Below, piece after piece: positions 1 to 6,980 of a DNA stretch of 21,572 bases (position 1 is the first letter of the stretch; the number at the start of each line of letters is the position of its first letter). Position numbers and translations under genes: made by a program. This stretch comes from a virus (taxonomy: Duplodnaviria > Heunggongvirae > Uroviricota > Caudoviricetes), in IMG/VR virus record IMGVR_UViG_3300045988_085028, positions 1 through 21,572 of that record; one strand, written 5' to 3'. Below the pieces are notes generated by a model that saw only the letters and a program-made list of their open reading frames with translations, ran no database searches and had not been told where the DNA came from.

Positions 1-76
1 TATTCCCCCTAATCAAACAACTATCAAGCCATTGTTCTTATGCGCATGATAGTTGCGAGTTGGCTTATAAACAATA

Positions 77-754
77 CTAAACCGCTTTGAGCGTTCCCCG
101 AACCGTACCGACAACATATATGTCAACTATAAGGTTACCGTTACCAGACGCTGCTGAGCTCAAGGTGCATCTAAGTACGCACCCATTTTCTGTCCGAGAA
201 AACGTTCTTACGTCGTAAAGAGTTGAATCTGGTTGACCAGGAATTGCCACACCGACAAGCTCTGTTATCACATTAGGAGTTGCAACCCAACCAGTATATG
301 GATACGTTACTGTCAAATTGACAAATGAAGAGCCGGCTTGAATTGGTACTGATAACTGCTTTCTTACTACTGTATTCAACTCCCCCATTGAGGACACAAG
401 AGAAGAGTCCGGGGTGATATGAGTCATCAGGTTCACGCTGTTCAGGTTGCGCGTAATGTTAACAGCACTAATGCGGTTGGAAGTACTTTCATCCAATACA
501 GCGCTATACGCAGACAGAGCAGATTCCGAAATGATAACGCGGTTGTTAGCACTGGTAGCAGTTGCTCGCACCAATCTGTAGGTTAAGCCATTACTGTAAG
601 CACCTTTAATGTTCTGCATCAGCACCTGGTGCGAGGTCGCCCCATCCCCTAAGTACAGGAGGTTCGCACTATCTGCCGTGTCCCCATACTGACCGTCATA
701 CACTACTTGCGTATTAAGGATGTTAACACCAAATGCCCCTGCAGGGGACACCAT
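77..754 (-). CDS. Hypothetical beta-rich (S/T/N/V/G-rich) protein, 225 aa; candidate moron or lysogenic-conversion gene transcribed away from the att core
   Basis: Uninterrupted 225-codon ORF with ATG at 752-754 (MVSPAG encoded by the att core itself) and an in-frame stop immediately upstream. A GGGAG sits about 11 nt upstream. No signal peptide or TM segment is evident. I do not recognise the family. It is the only ORF of 60 aa or more in 1-878 on either strand. Confidence 0.45.
   Translation of the reverse strand: MVSPAGAFGVNILNTQVVYDGQYGDTADSANLLYLGDGATSHQVLMQNIKGAYSNGLTYRLVRATATSANNRVIISESALSAYSAVLDESTSNRISAVNITRNLNSVNLMTHITPDSSLVSSMGELNTVVRKQLSVPIQAGSSFVNLTVTYPYTGWVATPNVITELVGVAIPGQPDSTLYDVRTFSRTENGCVLRCTLSSAASGNGNLIVDIYVVGTVRGTLKAV
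738..753 (+). other. Attachment-site core: 16 bp identical to the 3' end (T-stem/acceptor/CCA) of tRNA-Arg(CCU) argW, without the rest of the tRNA
   Basis: CCTGCAGGGGACACCA at 738-753 matches the recalled 3' end of E. coli argW (...GATTCCTGCAGGGGACACCA). The sequence upstream (...caaatgcc) does not continue as a tRNA T-loop, so this looks like an attP-type core (or an attR-like junction), not an intact tRNA gene. Confidence 0.5.
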
Positions 755-914
755 TTATCAGTTCGCTCCCATCCGTACCAGTCCGCAAAATCCCCTGAAT
801 ATCAAGCCTTCCGTAGATTTACAGTTCGTCATGGTTCGCGTCAGATTGTTGACAGCCGCACTCCATGACGGGTAAAAAGTGGATAAAATAATTTTACCCA
901 CCGGATTTTTACCC

Positions 915-2072
915 ATGCTCACCGTTAAGCAGATTGAAGCAGCAAAGCCGAAAGAAAAACCATACCGCCTACTCGATGGTAATGGCCTGTACCTTTATGT
1001 CCCTGTATCAGGGAAAAAGGTATGGCAGCTTCGCTACAAGATTGACGGTAAGGAGAAAATCCTGACCATCTGAAAATATCCGCTTATGACTTTGCAGAAG
1101 GCAAGGGATAAGGCATGGACTGCGAGGAAAGACATCTCGGTTGGCATCGATCCGGTAAAGGCGAAAAAGGCTTCGTCTAACAACAATTCCTTTAGTGCGA
1201 TTTACAAGGAATGGTACGAGCACAAGAAGCAAGTCTGGTCAGTAGGGTATGCGACTGAACTTGCAAAAATGTTTGATGACGACATTTTACCTATCATCGG
1301 CGTCCTTGAAATTCAGGATATTGAGCCGATGCAACTGCTGGAAGTAATCCGCAGATTTGAAGATCGCGGTGCAATGGAGCGAGCCAACAAAGCCCGCAGA
1401 AGATGCGGCGAGGTTTTCCGTTACGCTATTGTCACTGGTAGGGCTAAATATAACCCGGCACCTGACCTTGCTGACGCCATGAAGGGATACCGCAAGAAGA
1501 ACTTCCCATTTTTACCTGCCGACCAGATCCCGGCATTCAACAAAGCACTTGCAACATTTTCAGGAAGTATCGTATCGCTCATTGCTACTAAAATTTTACG
1601 CTACACCGCCCTAAGAACGAAAGAGCTTCGTTCCATGCAATGGAAGAACGTCGATTTTGAAAACAGGATTATCACCATCGACGCCAGTGTGATGAAGGGA
1701 CGCAAAATTCATGTGGTTCCTATGTCAGACCAGGTGGTTGAACTTCTCACTACGCTAAACTCAATCACCAAACCAGTATCAGAGTTTGTTTTTGCCGGGC
1801 GCAACGATAAGAAGAAGCCAATTTGCGAGAACGCTGTACTGCTTGTGATCAAACAAATCGGCTATGAAGGTCTGGAAAGCGGTCACGGATTCAGGCATGA
1901 ATTCAGCACGATTATGAACGAGCACGAATGGCCTGCTGATGCTATTGAAGTGCAACTGGCACATGCCAACGGCGGATCTGTGCGCGGGATTTACAACCAT
2001 GCTCAGTATCTCGATAAGCGCAGAGAAGTGATGCAGTGGTGGGCGGATTGGATTGATGAAAAGGTGGAGTGA
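915..2072 (+). pseudogene. intS: P4/IntS-family tyrosine integrase (about 385 codons) interrupted by an in-frame TGA at 1071-1073
   Basis: ORF-track segments 879..1073 and 1086..2072 are in the same frame and together read as one integrase: an N-terminal arm-binding (DUF4102-like) region MLTVKQIEAAKPKEKPYRLLDGNGLYLYVPVSGKKVWQLRYKIDGKEKILTI, then TGA, then KYPLMTLQKARDKAW and the catalytic domain. From memory this is close to E. coli IntS (CPS-53/KpLE1), which has TVGKYP where this window has TI-stop-KYP. The likely start is ATG at 915; position 879 is a GTG lying inside repeat motifs. The 328-aa downstream ORF alone would lack the arm-binding domain. Confidence 0.7.
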
Positions 2073-2088
2073 TCCACCTTTTCTGTTA
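2061..2088 (+). terminator. Intrinsic terminator hairpin between convergent int and tailspike, possibly bidirectional
   Basis: AAGGTGGA (2061-2068), loop GTGA, TCCACCTT (2073-2080), followed by TTCTGTT on the + strand. The int stop codon lies in the loop, and an A-rich run precedes the stem on the - strand. Confidence 0.6.
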
Positions 2089-2089
2089 A

Positions 2090-4084
2090 TTATTCAGCCT
2101 TAGCAAAAGTGGTCATAGTTGTTCCACTGAAAGTGAATGACCTGTCTGTAAGAGTAACATCCTGAATAGCAAAGTAATCGCCAACACCAGCGCCATTTAC
2201 ATAAAACTCGAATATCTCAGATGTATTTTCCGGAATAATATTATTAGCAATATAACACGTAGATAAAGAACCATTTGTTGATGGTAAAGTTCCAAATAGC
2301 GTTGCATCCGATGCAGCATATATCGAACTGCTTAAATAAATATTTATATCAACATTACTCTCATAAGTAACAATTAAGTACACCCGGTCGTTAACCTTCC
2401 ACCCTCTGTCTTTTATCTTAGTATTAAGTGATAGCTTGTTAGAACTAGGGTTCGTTACGGTATTAATGGTTATTTTTGCTCCTATTGAGTTGTATCTGCT
2501 TCTGGTTACTGTATTACCAGTATTGTTCATTGTATAAAGGATTGCCCTGCTTTCTGCAAACGTCCTCATATTGATCTTGCCTAAACAATCTCCTTCCATA
2601 ACTTGTGGGCCAGACACAGTTGCACCAATATAACAATCAGTAAATACAGCATGAGCCCTGTTGTCAGTGCTTGATGCAAGTAATGAAAGTTTAAAGTTGC
2701 CCTGATCTGCAATCCAGCAACTATCAACCTTAACTACAGCATCATTGTCAAGAACAACAAACCTTCCTCCCTCATTGTAATATCCTACAAAAGCATTTAC
2801 ACCGCTTATTTTTACTACTCCATCTGGAACCGTAAAGATATCGCCTTGTATCGCTTCGCCATAGTACCCGCCAACAATATTGGTCACTCGGGTATTTAAG
2901 TACATGCCATGCCCAATGCCGAACTCAAGGTCACATCCAATTAAGCTTAAACCTTCAATAGGGGAAGTACCAGAAGCATAAAAGGCATATTCACCGACCT
3001 TATTTGATGCAAATCCACAGTTATTGAACGTTACGCGGTTGTTAGCCCCAGCAAGGTGAACTCCGCGATTTGGCGCAGGAACAAAAGAACAGCAATCATA
3101 GGTATTAAGCCAGTCGTTTATAGTATAGAAGTTCGCCACCGCGCCATTGATGAAACGACAATTATGGGTTCTTCCTAGGTGAACATATTGAATTCGGCAA
3201 GGATAGTTGGCGATGTTGTTCCCATCAACTGTAACGTGAGAGATAGATGTGCTACGTCTTATAGAGTCAGTTTCGTAGTACATGTTGACAACTGCCTCTC
3301 CAGTGAACCCACTCCCCGCAATAATGAATGACTTCTCAACGCCATCCCCGAATAGGTCAACAGTGCCTATTGTTAAATCAACTGGTGACTTAACATAGTA
3401 AGTTCCTGCAGGGACAAACAGCCTCTTTCCTGCCGATAAAGCAACTGCTGCAGCAGCATTAAAGCTAGCTGAGTTATCTGCCGCTGGATCACCAGTAATG
3501 GGGAAAAATTGAGCAACAGAAATATAATCTGCTACCGTCACTTCGTACCATGGCAAAGCAGGAGATGACGGAAGAGTGCCACTACCACCGGTGTAGATTT
3601 TATTATTATACCACCACCAGTTATCAACATTAGATAACGCCCCCTCCTGCCATACACCGCCTAACGAGAAATCAAGACCGTAAGAAGTAGCTATCTGACT
3701 TAATGATAATGTTGCCCCTCTGTCAGAAGCTAATTCTTGCCTTAATTGGTCAGGGTCATACTTCAGGACATTAGGAAAATAGAACTGCTGCGCACCGTAC
3801 GCATCATAAACAGCCATAGAATGGCCTTGCACAGTTACGAATTTGGCAATCTGTCCGTTATATACAGGATAACCAGCAGCGTTAATGATGATTGGTTGCG
3901 AAACAGGAACGTGAGAACCGTCTTCGTTCTCTACATAAACCGGAATCTGGTTTTCAGTATTTACCGGGTCAGTGTCAATTTTACCGATATAAATTTTGCC
4001 ATTAGCTACGGCTTTAAAAGAACGCGCCATAGTGAAGAGTTGCGAAGGCATGCTAACTACAACATTGGCTGTAATGTCTGTCAT
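2090..4084 (-). CDS. Tailspike protein: P22 gp9-type N-terminal head-binding domain fused to a divergent beta-helix receptor-binding/depolymerase domain (664 aa)
   Basis: The N-terminal ~110 aa ([42 protein letters not shown]...VLKYDPDQ) match the conserved P22/Sf6 tailspike head-binding domain from memory. The remainder is not P22- or Sf6-like, is AT-richer, and has asparagine/glycine-ladder character typical of right-handed beta-helix depolymerases. A GGAG lies about 9 nt upstream of the ATG at 4082-4084. Confidence 0.9.
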   Translation of the reverse strand: MTDITANVVVSMPSQLFTMARSFKAVANGKIYIGKIDTDPVNTENQIPVYVENEDGSHVPVSQPIIINAAGYPVYNGQIAKFVTVQGHSMAVYDAYGAQQFYFPNVLKYDPDQLRQELASDRGATLSLSQIATSYGLDFSLGGVWQEGALSNVDNWWWYNNKIYTGGSGTLPSSPALPWYEVTVADYISVAQFFPITGDPAADNSASFNAAAAVALSAGKRLFVPAGTYYVKSPVDLTIGTVDLFGDGVEKSFIIAGSGFTGEAVVNMYYETDSIRRSTSISHVTVDGNNIANYPCRIQYVHLGRTHNCRFINGAVANFYTINDWLNTYDCCSFVPAPNRGVHLAGANNRVTFNNCGFASNKVGEYAFYASGTSPIEGLSLIGCDLEFGIGHGMYLNTRVTNIVGGYYGEAIQGDIFTVPDGVVKISGVNAFVGYYNEGGRFVVLDNDAVVKVDSCWIADQGNFKLSLLASSTDNRAHAVFTDCYIGATVSGPQVMEGDCLGKINMRTFAESRAILYTMNNTGNTVTRSRYNSIGAKITINTVTNPSSNKLSLNTKIKDRGWKVNDRVYLIVTYESNVDINIYLSSSIYAASDATLFGTLPSTNGSLSTCYIANNIIPENTSEIFEFYVNGAGVGDYFAIQDVTLTDRSFTFSGTTMTTFAKAE

Positions 4085-4140
4085 TTAATTTGCTCCAGAT
4101 ACAAGGAATCGCCGCAGCGTGGCTACGGTGAATTTTGGGC

Positions 4141-4166
4141 ATAAAAAACCCAGCCGAAGCTGGGTC
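4141..4166 (-). terminator. Rho-independent terminator upstream of the tailspike, downstream of the ancestral ant reading frame
   Basis: On the - strand: CCCAGC-TTCG-GCTGGG (+ strand 4149-4164) followed by TTTTTTAT (complement of 4141-4148). Position matches the ant/gene 9 terminator arrangement of P22. Confidence 0.6.
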
Positions 4167-4354
4167 GTTGCGTTGGCTATCTGTCAGTAGTTATGTACTG
4201 AAGGAGGTAATTCTTTATTCTTAAGTCTCATCCATGCAGAAAGATTCGTTGGTCCGTCTGGCTCATTGATATCAACATCTCGTGTGTGGTTTATTAAAAC
4301 GTCTCTCGCCATCCCGATAACATACGAAAACTCATGACCGTAGTCGTAGCATCT

Positions 4355-4416
4355 GCCGGAATAGTTAGATTGTATTTGTTTTAATGCCGGAATAGTTAGA
4401 TTGTATTTGTTTTAAT
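4355..4416. repeat. Perfect tandem direct duplication of a 31-bp unit (gccggaatagttagattgtatttgttttaat x2, followed by a partial gccgga)
   Basis: Units at 4355-4385 and 4386-4416 are identical. The unit is 31 bp (not a multiple of 3) and lies at the 3' end of the ant reading frame. Confidence 0.9.
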
Positions 4417-5093
4417 GCCGGATACAGTTCGCGGAATAATGCCTGTGATCGGTTGGCATAATCCCATAACCATACAAGGCTGTTTGCTTCTTTTGCAGAA
4501 AGCTCGTTGGTTTTCTTCTCTTGTTTGCCAATGAACTCACCTTCAAGCACTACCCTGTGGATGTACTCTACGGCCAGCGGGATTTGTTCAATTGAAAGTT
4601 CATCAATGCTGTCAATACCAAAACGCTGATGAACCATATTGTATGCATCGTCATAACGAAGTCCTTTCTTTCCTACCAGCATGTTTACTGCATCGCGTAG
4701 CGGTGTTCTTTCCTCAACAGTGGTTTTCTTTCCTTTTACATACTCGCCATGTTTGCGAATTGAAGGCAGAACTTCTGCTGTTACCCACTTGCGGAATTTG
4801 TGCGGGACTGAACCTTTATTGACTGCATCGCGGCAGCGCAGAACCAATGTATACATACCTGATTCGCTCACAATGCTTAGATTCTGCTCACCACCAAGGG
4901 TGTAACTTAAAGTTACTCCCTTTTCATCGTCATCAAGTGCAGTAAGCGCCTTGCGTGAGTTAGTCAGGGTTAAAGCATCACAAACATCTTTTGCTACAAA
5001 CCACGGCTCACCGCACTTGTTGATGACGCGGATTTCACTGTCGCCGAATTTGAAGATGGTGAAATCGTTTTGTGCCTTTGCTATACTTTTCAT
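4365..5093 (-). CDS. ant: Antirepressor Ant (BRO-N/KilA-type), C-terminally truncated by the 31-bp duplication (242 aa as encoded)
   Basis: Sits downstream of arc on the same strand, as in P22 immI. N-terminal region is BRO/antirepressor-like. AGGAA lies about 9 nt upstream of the ATG at 5091-5093. The last 7 codons (GIKTNTI-stop) are read from the second repeat copy in a shifted frame. Confidence 0.8.
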   Translation of the reverse strand: MKSIAKAQNDFTIFKFGDSEIRVINKCGEPWFVAKDVCDALTLTNSRKALTALDDDEKGVTLSYTLGGEQNLSIVSESGMYTLVLRCRDAVNKGSVPHKFRKWVTAEVLPSIRKHGEYVKGKKTTVEERTPLRDAVNMLVGKKGLRYDDAYNMVHQRFGIDSIDELSIEQIPLAVEYIHRVVLEGEFIGKQEKKTNELSAKEANSLVWLWDYANRSQALFRELYPALKQIQSNYSGIKTNTI

Positions 5094-5152
5094 GTCAATA
5101 TTTCCTAATCCGATTTGTTGATGCCGAAGCCCTGACTGTTACAGCAGTTGGG
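5083..5152 (+). ncRNA. sar: Candidate sar-like antisense RNA (about 68-70 nt) complementary to the ant ribosome-binding site and start codon
   Basis: Putative promoter inside the ant 5' end: -35 TTGAAG (5049-5054), 16-bp spacer, -10 TATACT (5071-5076). Putative 3' end at hairpin GAAGCCC...GGGCTTC (5116-5147) followed by AACTTTA. The implied length matches the 68-69 nt P22 sar RNA, and the position (arc-ant intercistronic region, antisense) matches too. Confidence 0.45.
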
Positions 5153-5161
5153 GCTTCAACT

Positions 5162-5323
5162 TTACGCACCAATGCGCCCTTCCTTCTTAAAGCTTTCCAT
5201 TACTCTCTGATAAATCTCAGAGTTAACAGACCGACCATTCTCTTCCGCCACCTTGCGTATCAAATCCAATACTTCTTTAGGCCACCGCAAATTGAACTGC
5301 GGCATCTTGCTCATTCCTTTCAT
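5162..5323 (-). CDS. arc: Arc repressor (53 aa, ribbon-helix-helix)
   Basis: MKGMSKMPQFNLRWPKEVLDLIRKVAEENGRSVNSEIYQRVMESFKKEGRIGA is near-identical to P22 Arc from memory. GAGGTG lies 3 nt upstream of the ATG at 5321-5323. The ORF-track entry 5162..5533 is an upstream in-frame extension with no support. Confidence 0.9.
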   Translation of the reverse strand: MKGMSKMPQFNLRWPKEVLDLIRKVAEENGRSVNSEIYQRVMESFKKEGRIGA

Positions 5324-5338
5324 ATTCACCTCACAATA

Positions 5339-5386
5339 TAGGTCCACGGTGGACCTATTGAGAATATAGTAGACTGCTTCTATCAT
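5339..5386. promoter_or_regulatory. Divergent immI control region carrying the Mnt operator (palindrome TAGGTCCACGGTGGACCTA, 5339-5357) and the Arc operator (ATAGTAGACTGCTTCTATCAT, 5366-5386), overlapping the Pant/Pmnt promoters
   Basis: The 19-bp perfect palindrome matches the P22 Omnt sequence. The adjacent 21-bp site is the P22 Oarc sequence with one or two substitutions. Both lie in the 90-bp gap between the divergent arc and mnt starts. Confidence 0.75.
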
Positions 5387-5413
5387 GTCAATACACTGAC
5401 TTGGAGTAATGGC

Positions 5414-5668
5414 ATGGCTAGAGATGATCCGCACTTTAACTTCCGCATGCCTTTGGAAGTGAGAGAAAAATTGAAATTCAGAGCAGAGGCGAATGGGAGA
5501 TCCATGAACTCCGAGCTGTTGCAAATCGTCCAAGATGCTCTATCGAGACCATCTCCTGTAAAAGGTAATCGCAATGAAGCTGAACGATTAGCCGAGATGC
5601 AGGCTGAACAGTTCAAGTCTGTGGTATTTGAGACACTTAAAAACATGTATGGCAAGGATGCAAAATGA
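5414..5668 (+). CDS. mnt: Mnt maintenance repressor (84 aa)
   Basis: MARDDPHFNFRMPLEVREKLKFRAEANGRSMNSELLQIVQDAL... matches P22 Mnt from memory. GGAG lies 8 nt upstream of the ATG. Its stop overlaps the next start (ATGA). Confidence 0.9.
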   Translation: MARDDPHFNFRMPLEVREKLKFRAEANGRSMNSELLQIVQDALSRPSPVKGNRNEAERLAEMQAEQFKSVVFETLKNMYGKDAK

Positions 5669-6246
5669 TCGATTACAACCCAGCAAAAAAAGAAATCATC
5701 GCAGCTAAAAAGTGCCTAGAGCAGATGAAATCATCTACAAACCATGATGATTTTGAAATGCACTGGCGAGAATGTCTTGGGCATATAGAAAAGTCTTTCA
5801 GTAAGTTGCTCTGTGCAACAAAGCCGGTTAGTGGAAAATTTAGCAGCCACTTCAACCAAAAGTTCATGCTTAGAAAAACAGACAAAACACTTGCTTACCT
5901 TCACCAGGCAAGGAATGCTGATCATCATTCCACTATGGAAATCTCAAAACTTGAACCTCCTTATACTACTCTTGGGGCATTTCCGGGAGCAAGAAGTCAT
6001 TATATTAAAGAGTTAATCATTGATTCAACAGGGGAAATAGCAAAATACGAAGGCGACCCTATGATAGTTGAGTTTCATCCAGCAACAACTATGCCTATAA
6101 CCGTAAGAAACCAAGGCAAAGATTATCCACCTCCAACAGAACATCTTGGCGAAAAGCTTGTTGATATACATCCATCTGTTCTTGCCTATCTCGGTATACA
6201 ATTTTATGAAAAATGGATAGATGAGTCGTGTGCAACGTTTAGATAG
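5665..6246 (+). CDS. Hypothetical soluble protein (193 aa), translationally coupled to mnt; function unknown
   Basis: ATG at 5665-5667 overlaps the mnt stop (TGA 5666-5668). Uninterrupted ORF in an AT-rich segment. No TM segments. I do not recognise the family. Confidence 0.6.
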   Translation: MIDYNPAKKEIIAAKKCLEQMKSSTNHDDFEMHWRECLGHIEKSFSKLLCATKPVSGKFSSHFNQKFMLRKTDKTLAYLHQARNADHHSTMEISKLEPPYTTLGAFPGARSHYIKELIIDSTGEIAKYEGDPMIVEFHPATTMPITVRNQGKDYPPPTEHLGEKLVDIHPSVLAYLGIQFYEKWIDESCATFR

Positions 6247-6463
6247 TTATTTTTGATAATTTCAAGTATTTCCTCTTGACTTTGATTTACCCAAACGTGA
6301 TCACACTCATGAAACCAGATTATGCTTCCTGTTTCGCCTTGTGCAATATAGGTGATCATGTTTTCATTAACAATTATTACTGAGTTATCATGTGCGCAAT
6401 TTAGTTTTATCAATTCGCATATCCTATCGTGACAAAGTAACTAGAAAAACTAAAGAGGTTGGT

Positions 6464-6958
6464 GTGTCTGATTCTATGAGTTACGCTGTGCTAGTTGCCG
6501 CAACTCTATTTATGGGGATAGGGTTGCAGATTGCGTGGTTCTTTTTTTCTAGTTTTATTAAACGCAAAAGAATTGAATCAAGGATATCTGAGATTTCTAT
6601 TGCTATAGGGAAAAATGCTGAAAATCCAGAGAATGAGGCCTGCGCACTGAATTACCTTAAAGAAAAGTTTTCCCCTGAAAAATTTGAAAATAGAATTACT
6701 GATGCTCTTGGATTGGTAATATCAGTAATTCATACGCCACTAAGTTTGCTGATAACAGTGTGGTACTTCGCCATGATCGCCGGAAGAATATTTGGTTTAA
6801 TGAATATAGAGCCTGTAGTTCTTTGGGTTCCAATGATACTGCAACTGTTGTTAAGCGTTGCTATCTTTATTTTTTCTGTTTTTATAAAAATTGTCTTTGG
6901 AAGATACCCCGGAGAAGCTAAGGGATTTAATAAAGAATTCATAAAAACTATAAAATAA
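6464..6958 (+). CDS. Predicted inner-membrane protein (about 4 TM helices) at the position of P22 sieA; candidate superinfection-exclusion protein
   Basis: Hydrophobic segments [47 protein letters not shown] and [24 protein letters not shown]. The ORF track starts at GTG 6392 with no RBS. GTG 6464 has AAAGAGG 6 nt upstream; ATG 6476 is the alternative. Stop at 6956-6958. Lies between mnt and gp16 like P22 sieA, but sequence similarity to SieA is not established. Confidence 0.55.
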   Translation: MSDSMSYAVLVAATLFMGIGLQIAWFFFSSFIKRKRIESRISEISIAIGKNAENPENEACALNYLKEKFSPEKFENRITDALGLVISVIHTPLSLLITVWYFAMIAGRIFGLMNIEPVVLWVPMILQLLLSVAIFIFSVFIKIVFGRYPGEAKGFNKEFIKTIK

Positions 6959-6980
6959 ATGCCGTCCTTGGCTTACAGTG

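Noticed and set aside
700-880. Possible intact tRNA gene at the att site
   Set aside because: Only the 3' 16 nt of a tRNA-Arg are present. The sequence immediately 5' does not continue as a T-loop or acceptor structure on either strand.
879-1073. 64-aa ORF MDKIILPTGFLP... called as a separate gene
   Set aside because: It starts at GTG inside the GGGTAAAA repeat region and is simply the N-terminal part of the integrase frame up to the premature TGA. It is folded into the integrase pseudogene with the start at ATG 915.
4355-4416. CRISPR-like or minisatellite array
   Set aside because: Only two contiguous copies with no spacers, and it sits inside a coding frame. It is a simple tandem duplication.
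5072-5341. 89-aa + strand ORF across the arc-ant junction
   Set aside because: Overlaps arc in antisense and covers the region better explained by the sar-like antisense RNA and its terminator. No RBS.
5162-5533. 123-aa ORF-track entry extending arc far upstream
   Set aside because: Only the last 53 codons match Arc, with a strong RBS at the internal ATG. The extension runs through the Arc/Mnt operators and into mnt on the opposite strand.
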